From an archaeon (lineage in GTDB: Archaea > EX4484-52 > B79-G9): DNA of 37,305 nt. Numbering within the stretch: the first letter of the stretch is position 1; each line of letters begins with the position of its first letter. The DNA is taken from contig JBDRKP010000077.1 in assembly GCA_043813875.1 (NCBI GenBank), forward strand, positions 1-37,305, read 5' to 3'. The translations under genes were made by a program, and so were the position numbers. The notes below the pieces were generated by a model, which saw only the letters and a list, made by a program, of their open reading frames with translations, was not told where the DNA came from and searched no databases. Shown piece by piece: positions 27,960 through 37,305 of the stretch.

Positions 27960-28523
27960 TCAAAAAATCTTCACAGAATAAAAAGCCCTAAGCATATTTA
28001 TGATCCCGTCAAGCCCGGCGCTATAAATCAGCACATAAAGCATCAGCCCCCCGATCGCAAACGGCAGCACAATAGCCGCAATCGCCCTCAGGCGGCTGAC
28101 CTTATGGACGCGCATAAACCCGGAAGACAGCACATAAAGCACATGAAACGGCACGAAAACAACAAGCGGCAATATCCACGCGTATAGAAGAACAGCGGAA
28201 GAATACGAGACAACCCCGAAAGTCGCCTCAAACTCCCTTCTTGCCCCCATCATCTTAAGGAACAGGTGAAAAGAGATAGAAAATATGAACAGCTCCACAA
28301 TCCCCGAAATCACGAGAGCAACAACCAATATGATGCTCACAAAAAAAGTCTTCTTATCCGGCCCCAGCAAAAAAAGAGCAAGCCCAATTAAAAAAGAAAA
28401 GGACAGGACATTCACTATAGCGAACCTGAAACCCCCATCATAAATATTCTTTACATGAATCTTGGAAAAGAACCTGTAAGGATTCACCAAAAGATTGAAC
28501 GACTCACGCAAATGACTCCTCAA
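27960..28523 (-). CDS. Yip1-family membrane protein
   Basis: P..FF start, five TM segments, and the H.FLK..GA…FEATF.V.SY…G…VH..S…A pattern. Confidence 0.8.
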   Translation of the reverse strand: MRSHLRESFNLLVNPYRFFSKIHVKNIYDGGFRFAIVNVLSFSFLIGLALFLLGPDKKTFFVSIILVVALVISGIVELFIFSISFHLFLKMMGARREFEATFGVVSYSSAVLLYAWILPLVVFVPFHVLYVLSSGFMRVHKVSRLRAIAAIVLPFAIGGLMLYVLIYSAGLDGIINMLRAFYSVKIF

Positions 28524-28536
28524 TTGATTTCACCAA

Positions 28537-29010
28537 TTACTTGCGCCGCCCCGGGCCTTCCACAATAATCTCCCTGTCCTTCAGTTCATCAATCTCATTC
28601 TCAATCCTCTTGAAACGGTCAAGCTCAGAATCATTGGCGATAATGACCTCGCGAAACTCCGGCTCAGCTATCTTCTTTAAGATATTCATGATAGTATCGA
28701 TCGCTTCCCGGTTCTCGATAGCAAGCCTCCCAAGAAGCCGAAGATCATTGACAGTCTTCTCAACAGCAATAACCCTCAGCTCAAGCGCCTTCAACTGCCT
28801 GGAAAAAGAATCCTTGGCATCAGTTATATCCCCGTCAAGAACATTCAGCGCCTGGTTGACATCCTTGCCACTCTTATCAAAAACAACCTGCTGCTCAGCA
28901 ACCTTCTTGATCTGGTCCTTGAGATCCATGATCTGGTGCTGCATCAGATCCATCTGATGAGCGATTTTCTCTGCTTCTTCTTTCTTATCCTTATTATCAA
29001 ACAACACCAT
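28537..29010 (-). CDS. Hypothetical coiled-coil protein
   Basis: Heptad-rich, charged 157-aa ORF divergent from polC. GGTGA SD before the downstream Yip1 gene. Confidence 0.7.
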   Translation of the reverse strand: MVLFDNKDKKEEAEKIAHQMDLMQHQIMDLKDQIKKVAEQQVVFDKSGKDVNQALNVLDGDITDAKDSFSRQLKALELRVIAVEKTVNDLRLLGRLAIENREAIDTIMNILKKIAEPEFREVIIANDSELDRFKRIENEIDELKDREIIVEGPGRRK

Positions 29011-29103
29011 ACTACCATTTTAGATTCACGTATATAAATAAATTTATAGTATTGCTAATACTTCTCATACATATCAGGACAATCTTCAGCATAATGTGAT
29101 ATA

Positions 29104-32100
29104 ATGATAGCCGACGACACCGTACAATCCTACTTCGATTCCATCGAAAAAGAGGTCAAAAGAGCCTACGAGCTTGCAGGAGCAGCAAGAGCCAAAGGCT
29201 TCGACCCCGAACCCGAAGTCAACATCCCCATAGCCCGCGACCTCGCCGCAAGAGTAGAAGGCCTCGTCGGCACCATGTGCCCCGAACTCATAGGCTCCGG
29301 CCTGGCAGACAGCATTCGCAAACTCGAACAGGAATACGGCAAAAACGACGAGCGCGTAGCCATAATCGCCGGCCGCGACGTCGCAAAAGGCGAAAACATA
29401 AAATTCGACACAAAAATAAAAGCAATAGAGATCGGCTTAAGAGTAGCGATCGCATACCTCACATTAGGCGTAGTCACCGCGCCGCTGGAAGGCCTCTCGG
29501 ATGTAAGGATGAAAAAAAACGACGACGGCACCGAATATCTTGCGATCTACTTCGCAGGCCCCATAAGATCCGCCGGCGGCACAGCATCCGCAATGGCAGT
29601 CCTTGCAGCCGACTTCATCCGCATCCACAGCAACATCGCACCCTACAAGCCGCGCGAAAACGAGCTGAAAAGATACTCGACAGAAGTCGAAGACTACTAC
29701 AGCCGTGTCACCGCAAAACAATACCATCCGACCAAAGAAGAGATAGAGTTCATAATAAAGAACGTCCCCGTCGAAATCAACGGCGACCCGACCGAAAAGC
29801 TCGAAGTCTCGAACTTCAAGGACCTCGAGAGAGTCGAGACCAACCAGATAAGAGGCGGCATGTGCCTTGTTCTGCTGGACGGCCTCCCCCTGAAAGCAGA
29901 AAAGATGCTAAAAAGGATCAGGAAATACCCAAAAGAGTACAAGCTACAACACTGGATATGGCTCGAGAAATTCATCGCCATGAAAAAGAAGATCCATGCA
30001 GCAAAAGACATCAAAAGCGAGACCAGCACTAAATACACGCCGAACGCGAAATATGTCGACAAGATAATCGCAGGAAGGCCGGTCATATCATACCCTGCAT
30101 TACCCGGCGGATTCCGCTTAAGATACGGCAGGTCAAGAACAGGCGGCCTTGCGACAACCTCCATCCACCCGCTGACCATGCATCTGATACCATTTCTTGC
30201 CGTCGGCACGCAGATAGCGACAGAACTGCCTGGAAAAGCGACAGTATGCACGCCATGCGACACAATCGAAGGCCCGGTCGTGCTCATGAAAAACGGCGAC
30301 GTGATCGAAATAGAAAGCAAGGAACAGATAAAGAAACTGAACAATGATATCAAAGAGATACTTTCAGTAGGCGACCTCCTCATCCCGTTCGGCGAATTCG
30401 TAAGCAACGACCACATGCTGCTTCCGTCCTCCTACGTAGAAGAATGGTGGGCACAGGAAGTAGACGAAGCGCTAAAGAAACAGGGAAAAAAAGACGAGAG
30501 ATTATCAAAATACACAACAAAACCATATCCTGCACCCGCACTTGAACTTGCCCTGAAAATCTCAAACGACCTCAGAGTTCCCCTGCATCCCTGTTACAAC
30601 TTCTTCTGGCACGACATAGAAAAAGAAGACTTAAAAAAACTCATTGAGTGGTTCAGCACAAGAAAAGAAGCGCCAGGCAAAAACACGATAGTACTAGACA
30701 AAAACGGCCCGAAAAGGATACTGGAAATCCTCTGCGCTCCTCACGTTGTGGAAGAGAAAGAAGGCTCGATAATCATAAAAGGCAAATCCTTAAGCCTGGA
30801 CACATGCCTGGGAAAGCCAGAAAAAAACAACATAGCCACCATCCTAAAGACCGTAGACGACGCAAAGACCACCATGGACGCGATACAGGAACTCTCTGGG
30901 ATAATCATACGGGAAAAAGGCATAACAAGAGTAGGCATGAAGATGGGCCGCCCTGAAAAAGCAGAAAAACGCATCTTAAAAGGCCGTCCTCAGATCCTGT
31001 TCCCCTGTGGCGACGCCGGCGGACGCATGCGAAACCTCATGGAATCCTACAAAATAGGCGAATTAGAATCCTCAGTATCCATCTATCGCTGCGACACATG
31101 CAAAACAGAAACATACTTCAGCTACTGCCACAAATGCGGCTCCCACGCGACAAAAGCAAAAGCATGCCGTATATGCAACAGGATTGTAGACGCCCCGACC
31201 CACTGCAACATGCCGACAGCCGGCTACAAGAAAGTGAAACTCAACTTAAAGACAATGATGGACAACGCCCAAAAAAACATCGACATGCTGGTGATGCCCG
31301 AACTCTTCAAAAGCGTAAAAGGCGTATTCGGGGCAAGCAAGAACATCGAGCCCCTTGAAAAAGGCCTCCTGAGAGCAAAATACGACCTCTACGTGAACAA
31401 GGACGGCACCACTCGCTCCGACTCCACCGACGTCTCACTCACGCACTTCAAGCCGCGCGAAATCAGCGTCCCGGTAAAGACACTAAGATCATGGGGCTAC
31501 ACCAAAGACATAGACGGCAAAGAGCTCGAAAACGAAGAACAGATAATGGCACTCTTCCCCCAGGACATAATCGTATCCGACAACATCGAATTCTCGACAG
31601 CAGACTACCTCATAAAAATCAGCAGATTCATAGACGAACTGCTCGTGAAATTCTACAAGCTCGAGCCATTCTACAACATAAGATCAAAAGAAGACCTCAT
31701 CGGCCATCTCGTCATAGGATTGGCGCCCCACACCTCGGCAGGCATAATCGGCCGCATCATCGGCTACACCCCCGCGCGCGTATGCTTCGCCCACCCCTTC
31801 TGGCACGCCGGAAAAAGAAGAAACTGCGATGGCGACGAGGACAGCGTCATGCTCTTGATGGACGCGCTCCTCAACTTCTCAAGGCAGTTCATGCCAGACA
31901 CCCGCGGCGGCCGGACAATGGACGCCCCGCTCGTCCTGACGACATGTCTCGACCCCGAAGAAGTCGACGACGAATCCTGGAACGTCGACGTCGACGACAC
32001 CTACCCGCTCGGATTCTACAGGTCCACCCTCGACTACCCCGCCCTGTGGGACCTCAAATCCAAGCCAAGAATAATCGAAGAACTCATAGGCAAAGAAGAA

Positions 32101-32574
32101 ATATTTCACATCAGGTTCACGCACGACACATACGACATCAGCGAAGGCCCCCACAGGAGCAGATACACGCAGCTCGACACCATGATAGAAAAACTATACG
32201 GCCAGCTGGAACTCTGCAAGAAAATACGCGCAGTAGACGCCAACAAAGTAGCAGAAGCAGTCCTCGCCAAACACTTCCTGCGCGACATCAAAGGCAACTT
32301 AAGAAAATTCTCAAAACAGGGCTTCAGGTGCGCAAACTGCAACGAGAAATTCAGGCGCATACCCCTCATAGGCAGATGCACAGCATGCGACGGAAAGATA
32401 ATGCTGACAATATCAGAAGGCAGCGCAAGAAAATACATCGAGCCATCAAAAAGGATAATGGACGACTTCAGGATAACATCCTACCTAAGACAGCAATTTC
32501 TCCTGCTCGAAAAAGAAGCAGATTCCATATTCGGCAAAAAAGCGCGCCAGCTCAACCTCTCGAAATTCCAGTAA
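29104..32574 (+). CDS. polC: DNA polymerase D (II) large subunit DP2, no intein evident
   Basis: AGPIRSAGGT, GGFRLRYGRSR, MGRPEK, KDGT.R.D, GLAPHTSAG and catalytic RRNCDGDED, plus C-terminal zinc finger. Confidence 0.98.
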   Translation: MIADDTVQSYFDSIEKEVKRAYELAGAARAKGFDPEPEVNIPIARDLAARVEGLVGTMCPELIGSGLADSIRKLEQEYGKNDERVAIIAGRDVAKGENIKFDTKIKAIEIGLRVAIAYLTLGVVTAPLEGLSDVRMKKNDDGTEYLAIYFAGPIRSAGGTASAMAVLAADFIRIHSNIAPYKPRENELKRYSTEVEDYYSRVTAKQYHPTKEEIEFIIKNVPVEINGDPTEKLEVSNFKDLERVETNQIRGGMCLVLLDGLPLKAEKMLKRIRKYPKEYKLQHWIWLEKFIAMKKKIHAAKDIKSETSTKYTPNAKYVDKIIAGRPVISYPALPGGFRLRYGRSRTGGLATTSIHPLTMHLIPFLAVGTQIATELPGKATVCTPCDTIEGPVVLMKNGDVIEIESKEQIKKLNNDIKEILSVGDLLIPFGEFVSNDHMLLPSSYVEEWWAQEVDEALKKQGKKDERLSKYTTKPYPAPALELALKISNDLRVPLHPCYNFFWHDIEKEDLKKLIEWFSTRKEAPGKNTIVLDKNGPKRILEILCAPHVVEEKEGSIIIKGKSLSLDTCLGKPEKNNIATILKTVDDAKTTMDAIQELSGIIIREKGITRVGMKMGRPEKAEKRILKGRPQILFPCGDAGGRMRNLMESYKIGELESSVSIYRCDTCKTETYFSYCHKCGSHATKAKACRICNRIVDAPTHCNMPTAGYKKVKLNLKTMMDNAQKNIDMLVMPELFKSVKGVFGASKNIEPLEKGLLRAKYDLYVNKDGTTRSDSTDVSLTHFKPREISVPVKTLRSWGYTKDIDGKELENEEQIMALFPQDIIVSDNIEFSTADYLIKISRFIDELLVKFYKLEPFYNIRSKEDLIGHLVIGLAPHTSAGIIGRIIGYTPARVCFAHPFWHAGKRRNCDGDEDSVMLLMDALLNFSRQFMPDTRGGRTMDAPLVLTTCLDPEEVDDESWNVDVDDTYPLGFYRSTLDYPALWDLKSKPRIIEELIGKEEIFHIRFTHDTYDISEGPHRSRYTQLDTMIEKLYGQLELCKKIRAVDANKVAEAVLAKHFLRDIKGNLRKFSKQGFRCANCNEKFRRIPLIGRCTACDGKIMLTISEGSARKYIEPSKRIMDDFRITSYLRQQFLLLEKEADSIFGKKARQLNLSKFQ

Positions 32575-32682
32575 AAAAGCAGGATGAACGAAAAAGAGCC
32601 ATCTTACTTCACGCATATCCATGTGAAGGCATATCAACATATCATCCCCCGATGCATCCGTTTCACACTGATTAACAGCATA

Positions 32683-32781
32683 TTTTTCCACAGGAAATGG
32701 TGGGGTTCGGATGATTTTGTGTAAGTGATGTGAACAAAAAAGAGAACGTTTATATAGTTTCTCCACAGGAAATGATGGGGT
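32683..32781 (+). repeat. Pair of ORB-like (origin recognition box) direct repeats, 22/24 identical
   Basis: TTTTTCCACAGGAAATGGTGGGGT (32683-32706) and TTTCTCCACAGGAAATGATGGGGT (32758-32781). TCCA-nn-GGAAA followed by a G-string is the ORB layout. Confidence 0.6.
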
Positions 32782-32840
32782 CGTGAAATTACATACCACG
32801 ATAACAAGACAATCAATCACAACATGAACACCAATCAACC

Positions 32841-34067
32841 CTACAACCCGATAAGCCTCAGCACAACATAATCCATCCCCGTAAGATAAAGAATCGTAGG
32901 CGCAATCAGGCAGTTCAGCAAAAGGCTCTTCTTCGTCCCGAAGATATTCGGCAGGACACCGATAACAGTACCGGCAGCACATATCAAAAGCCCAGGAAAC
33001 CCCGTATACGCAAACGTGACAAAAATAAGCGCCACAATAACAGCAAGAACCATCTTCCGATAATTGACCCGGTGGACATGCTTGGCCGCCAACTTCCCGA
33101 AGCGAATCGTAAGAAGAGCAGAAAGACCCGTCGAAAAAAGCGCGACGCCAAGAAACAGATACACATTATCCAAAGACAGTTCTGGCATAATCTCGCCGAT
33201 AACGACAGCGCTCCCGCTCCGCGCCCTGCCGATCATATAAAGCGACATGACAGACATGATGATAGCGATAGTATTGATAGTCCCGAGCGCCACGACAAAC
33301 ACCTTCATGCCCCTGATGCGCCCAAGCTTCTGGACAAGGATAGCAGACTGCGAACTCCCAAGCCCCGGAAGCACGCCAGCCACAATACCACCAAGAAACC
33401 CTGCAAACGACCCTATCACGGACTCCCTCGCCTTCAGCCTGAAAACCAGCTTCTGTGGCGGCAGGCGGCTCACAGTCTTATAGCTCAGGACAAGCGAGCT
33501 GACAGCAAAAAGACCGGTAAGCATCACAAACAACGTATACTTCCTGTTGATGACATGCGTATCCATAAGGATGATGCCATACGTTGCAGCAAACAACGTG
33601 ACAACAGCTGCAAAGAAAGGATTCTTATCAATCACAATCATATACAACACAGTCACCGCCAAAAGAAGCGGTATGACTGACTTGACAACAGAATACATGA
33701 CCGGAACAGCAAAAAGCAACAATCCAAACAAAAAAACCATAACAACAATACCAAACAGGCCCCCTGCAACAGAAAGCACAACCGCCTCATAGCCCCGGCC
33801 GCGAAGAAGCATCCTGTGCCCCGGCTGGATAGAAAGAACCGTATTGGAATCAGGAACACCCAGAAACACAGAAGGTATGAAATCAACAAAAGAATGAGTG
33901 ATACCCATAGAAACAATAAATACAGACAGATTCATGGGATCAAGCGAATAGGAATAGAACAGGCTCAAGGCAACAAGAGAGACAGTATTGATATGAAGCC
34001 CCGGAGTAAGGCCGGTCACACAGCCGAAAGCGATACCTAAAAGCGCATACAAGACATAATCAATCAT
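32841..34067 (-). CDS. TctA-family (tripartite tricarboxylate transporter permease-like) archaeal membrane protein
   Basis: GLTPGLHIN, F.P..FLG.PD…..PGHR.L..G.G and internal repeat G.LPG.G.SQ…RSG. Confidence 0.88.
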   Translation of the reverse strand: MIDYVLYALLGIAFGCVTGLTPGLHINTVSLVALSLFYSYSLDPMNLSVFIVSMGITHSFVDFIPSVFLGVPDSNTVLSIQPGHRMLLRGRGYEAVVLSVAGGLFGIVVMVFLFGLLLFAVPVMYSVVKSVIPLLLAVTVLYMIVIDKNPFFAAVVTLFAATYGIILMDTHVINRKYTLFVMLTGLFAVSSLVLSYKTVSRLPPQKLVFRLKARESVIGSFAGFLGGIVAGVLPGLGSSQSAILVQKLGRIRGMKVFVVALGTINTIAIIMSVMSLYMIGRARSGSAVVIGEIMPELSLDNVYLFLGVALFSTGLSALLTIRFGKLAAKHVHRVNYRKMVLAVIVALIFVTFAYTGFPGLLICAAGTVIGVLPNIFGTKKSLLLNCLIAPTILYLTGMDYVVLRLIGL

Positions 34068-34171
34068 TAACTGATTTATTTGGAATTATTTTTTTATAAT
34101 TTTATGGTCGATCTCAGATAACAATCCATAGCCATGATTCAACAAAACGCAGATCTGCAAACGATTAAGTG

Positions 34172-34449
34172 TATAGTCAAGGCATGAAATAAATGAGCAA
34201 ACATCACCAAAAACCAAATTGCCTTGATCTATCCGGGCAAACTTTCAGTTTGCTGGATTTTCGAAATGCTCACCCATTTCGAATTTCGAAAATTGAAAAT
34301 TTGATCGAAATTTTCAAAATTTCGCAATTCATCCTGAATTGCTTATTGCGAAATTAGGAATTGGGTCACAATTCCGCAATCCTAAAATTGCAGAGCAATT
34401 TTAAGGATATGGGAAGGCACCTTGCACAATTTGTTGTGCATTCACTATA
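34172..34449. mobile_element. Hairpin-rich MITE-like or structured-RNA element with TATAG-type imperfect termini
   Basis: TATAGTCAAGGCA (34172-34184) vs TGCATTCACTATA (34437-34449), 11/13 inverted. At least six internal stem-loops. Confidence 0.5.
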
Positions 34450-34544
34450 GTTCAAAACAAAAACCAAAAGACCAGTTAATCACAGAAAAGTAAAAAAGAA
34501 TAAATCGATAGTTTTATATACAGGAAATACCCTATAGTTATGTT

Positions 34545-35717
34545 ATGAGACGAGGTTACAGTATATCTTCTATAGCAATTATCGCAGTTATAGGCGTAGC
34601 AGTTCTTGCTGCATGGATGAATTATCAATCAACCGCAGGCGTGAAACCCATGGAAAGAATAGCCGGCGATCAGAGTATTCTGAAAGCGAACATGGAAACC
34701 GTAAAAAGCATATCCGAACCCACGCTAAAACACGCATCAAACGCAGCGGCACTCGACCTTGCCATAAGAGGTGGTGGAGAAGGTACTGAGACCGTATGGT
34801 TCTGTAATGGTATGGACGCAACGATAGACCCCCATATAGCACCATCCTTGCCTGAAATTTTATATCACCTAAGCAACGGGACCCTCACCAATCTAAACAC
34901 TTTCCTCGACGATTCTACAGAGATATTTAAAGAACTGGACGTCCTCGTAGAACCCTATGAATGTGCAGAAATCCAGCCGGAATTCCATCCACCCAACTGC
35001 CCAAGAGATGGCTATCCAATATCATGTGACGGCTGGAACCTGACTGCCACTGGAGGCTCACTATCCAGCAAAGAAAACGAAGGATACCACAAATACGTAG
35101 GCGATATAAACACCTTTACAGATGAGAACAGGTTATTCTGGATGTACTACAGGCTCCTGGAAGCACAGAAAGAGGTCCCCATACTTGAAAAAGTCAAGGA
35201 AAGATATGACGAAGAAGTTAACTGCCCTCCTGACGACCCTGCATGTTGTGTGACTGACGATAATCTAACAGACTTATACAGGATAGTAAAAGCTGGCGCC
35301 CTCGCAGAATTCAATAGTTACTTCGACCAATATGTCACCTGTTCTATCACAGACGAATGTATTGACAGAAACTCAATATCATTGGAAATTACCTGCATCG
35401 ACACAAAATACAAAATACCTACCGACACTGAAGAGAAAGAGACATATCTTACATGGAAAATCAAAGAGATGATAGCAGTCAACTGCAACAAAGAATGCGT
35501 TGTACTAATACCTGTACCCGTAGGAGGAAGCAATAATGCAGGTGGAGGCACAGGCCCAATAAATCCACCTTTGACGGCAGCAGGATATATGGATTATAAA
35601 AATCCAGGCGAATCACTCAATTTTGCAAATGCAGATGACTGCGAGATGAAATGCTTCGACATAGATAAATGTACAAAACATTTCGACAAAAAGTTATGTT
35701 TCAACCCAAGCTCATAA
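34545..35717 (+). CDS. Cys-rich surface protein with putative class III (pilin-like) signal peptide
   Basis: MRRG followed by a hydrophobic stretch. Many Cys in an acidic extracellular region. Confidence 0.65.
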   Translation: MRRGYSISSIAIIAVIGVAVLAAWMNYQSTAGVKPMERIAGDQSILKANMETVKSISEPTLKHASNAAALDLAIRGGGEGTETVWFCNGMDATIDPHIAPSLPEILYHLSNGTLTNLNTFLDDSTEIFKELDVLVEPYECAEIQPEFHPPNCPRDGYPISCDGWNLTATGGSLSSKENEGYHKYVGDINTFTDENRLFWMYYRLLEAQKEVPILEKVKERYDEEVNCPPDDPACCVTDDNLTDLYRIVKAGALAEFNSYFDQYVTCSITDECIDRNSISLEITCIDTKYKIPTDTEEKETYLTWKIKEMIAVNCNKECVVLIPVPVGGSNNAGGGTGPINPPLTAAGYMDYKNPGESLNFANADDCEMKCFDIDKCTKHFDKKLCFNPSS

Positions 35718-35733
35718 TCCGCGGTCTTTCATT

Positions 35734-36984
35734 ATGAAAAAAGGTCAGACAATTGAAATTCTTGGTTTTTTAGCCTTAGTGGTCGTAGTAATCATTTCTA
35801 CATTAGGTCTAAAATTAGTGACAGTCGACCAGAAATCAGACGTGATGCAGCTGGCCCAGGAATCACAGGAACTCGAATCTTTCAACTCCGGCGTCAAGAC
35901 AACAATGGTGATGACCGAACCAACCACAAGCAAATCCTTCGTGGACTTGATGGGACAGATAGCATTCTTCGAGACAGATACACTTCAATTCGGAACCACA
36001 GACCATATAACAGAAGTCAATGTCACCAAAAAACTCACAGAATATCTCGATCTCATATACGGCAAAGGACATTGGCATATGGACATACCATTAGTACCGA
36101 AATACCAGATGTATGTTATAATTCTTCTCGACACATCACTCAGCATGAAAGAAGAAATAAATGACCTTGCAGGAAACATCGACAAAATAAGCAGGGAAGT
36201 TAAACGAACAACAGGCAGGCGAATCGCCTACAGGATATATTTCCTCGACACAAGCAACAACTATAAAAGCATGTTCAATCCAGCTGTTCAGAATAATCAG
36301 GACATCAAAACATTTATCCTTGATTCTACTTGCGATTACATCACCCCCTATCCCAGATATAAAAACGAAGCATGGGCAAGAGGCATGAAATGTCTGATAG
36401 AGGATAAAAATAGCGAATGGAGCAACATAGCCGCACGAGTCGGCATCATAATAACAGACGAGCCGCCAGGAGGCTGTGAAGATTGTGCTTGCAAAAAGCA
36501 CAATGACGAATTATACGAACTATGCTGCCCAAGCGTAACTGCCTGTAAACTGATACCGGACGGCCCATATTGCACATACAAAGAGGCCGACATTGATGAA
36601 TTGATAGCCACAGCAATCAACATAAATATGAACATCTACGCCATGCAAGCAGACCCATGTGAATGGCCATTCAACGAAATCCCAAGAGATCATCAATGCA
36701 GCTTTTCTCCTAAAATCATATACACATGCGGAGGTGAAGAAAAACTGACAGAATTCACACAAAAACTGGCCACAGGCACAGGCGGAAAATGGTTCGAACT
36801 CGGGAACCCAGATGAAGTAACAGAACGTCTCAAAGAAATAGCGCTCTCACAGCCCATACCGGAGACACCATTCGAACTGGGCACCACCATCCCGACAAGC
36901 AAAAGAATACATAGCTATGTAATACCTGCACCGACACCGATTCCAGGCGTATACTCAAACGTCGTGTTAAAACAATGGAACTAA
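35734..36984 (+). CDS. Pilin-like (class III signal peptide) protein with vWA domain and Cys-rich insertions
   Basis: MKKGQ..E plus hydrophobic helix. MIDAS LLDTSLSM, IIITDE and LA.GTGG.W. Confidence 0.8.
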   Translation: MKKGQTIEILGFLALVVVVIISTLGLKLVTVDQKSDVMQLAQESQELESFNSGVKTTMVMTEPTTSKSFVDLMGQIAFFETDTLQFGTTDHITEVNVTKKLTEYLDLIYGKGHWHMDIPLVPKYQMYVIILLDTSLSMKEEINDLAGNIDKISREVKRTTGRRIAYRIYFLDTSNNYKSMFNPAVQNNQDIKTFILDSTCDYITPYPRYKNEAWARGMKCLIEDKNSEWSNIAARVGIIITDEPPGGCEDCACKKHNDELYELCCPSVTACKLIPDGPYCTYKEADIDELIATAININMNIYAMQADPCEWPFNEIPRDHQCSFSPKIIYTCGGEEKLTEFTQKLATGTGGKWFELGNPDEVTERLKEIALSQPIPETPFELGTTIPTSKRIHSYVIPAPTPIPGVYSNVVLKQWN

Positions 36985-37305
36985 AAAGACAGAACAAAAC
37001 ACAGTAAAGACGACACGCCTCATATTTCTCCAATCGAAACCATCCAATTGTAAAAAGAAGGAGGAAACTCAAAAAAGCAATTGATAAGCTGAAGTTTCTT
37101 TTTGAACAAGCAGAATCGAGTCGGTAGCGACAAACCATCGCAATAAAATATCACCCAATAAATCGATTGTGGGACAGAATTCCCTTGATTCTTTGATTGG
37201 TGTAAACTCAATGTTTACAGATACCCAATAATAAAATAAAACATATCTCTTAATAAAACCAATATAGTGCATGGGCGCGGGAGATATTAAAACAAAGGAT
37301 GTTAG

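Noticed and set aside
29104..32574. Intein in DP2
   Set aside because: Length is normal, the RRNCDGDED region is continuous, and no splicing motifs were seen.
31491..32675. 394-aa Arg/His-rich alternative-frame ORF in polC, and similar ORFs at 29277-30032, 905-1681 and 1920-2765
   Set aside because: Shadow ORFs caused by T-poor, C/A-biased codons that suppress stop codons. Low-complexity products overlapping well-supported genes.
32683..32781. Two 24-bp repeats with a 51-bp gap as a mini-CRISPR
   Set aside because: Only two units, no cas genes or leader, and the sequence fits an ORB layout better.
37000..37305. Short ORFs at the right edge, and TAAAACAAAGGATGTTAG resembling an attI-type end
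   Set aside because: No recognisable protein. The motif is short and cut by the window edge, so it cannot be evaluated without downstream sequence.

Overview
Archaeal genomic DNA: it carries DNA polymerase D large subunit DP2, archaeal-type PyrH, an Mbh-type operon, GGTGA/GGAGG ribosome-binding sites and class III signal-peptide proteins. A DPANN-like lineage is plausible but cannot be proven from this window. The backbone contains a [NiFe]-hydrogenase maturation operon (hypCDEA plus the 5' end of hypB), pdxT, HPP and AMMECR1 genes, an Mrp/Mbh-type membrane complex (subunits A-J only, with an extra uncharacterised 2-TM gene inserted between F and G), pyrH, mgtC, suhB, tldD-pmbA, Yip1, polC (DP2), a TctA-family permease and two pilin-like Cys-rich surface proteins (one with a vWA domain). 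Accessory genes of different composition are interspersed: a subtilase-PKD protease, lipoproteins, a PsbP-like protein, a pRiA4b-ORF3/DUF6398/CcbP trio, an MNT-HEPN pair, a HAD hydrolase and a P-loop kinase. The most striking unexplained signal is that three separate AT-rich accessory loci (about 7.9-8.6, 13.9-15.5 and 23.55-25.2 kb) share one architecture. Each begins with a related recombination-like box (…CGT[A/T]TAA-N6-9-TTATAnnCAAT), and the cargo is enclosed by its own private inverted-repeat pair. This suggests dispersed solo gene cassettes of an integron-attC-like or Xer/dif-module-like system; no recombinase is encoded in the window. Also seen are an ORB-like repeat pair downstream of polC, two MITE-like elements (one extremely hairpin-rich) and a candidate 22-aa leaderless peptide. 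No tRNA, rRNA or CRISPR array was recognised. All family calls are by motif recognition only; no searches were run.
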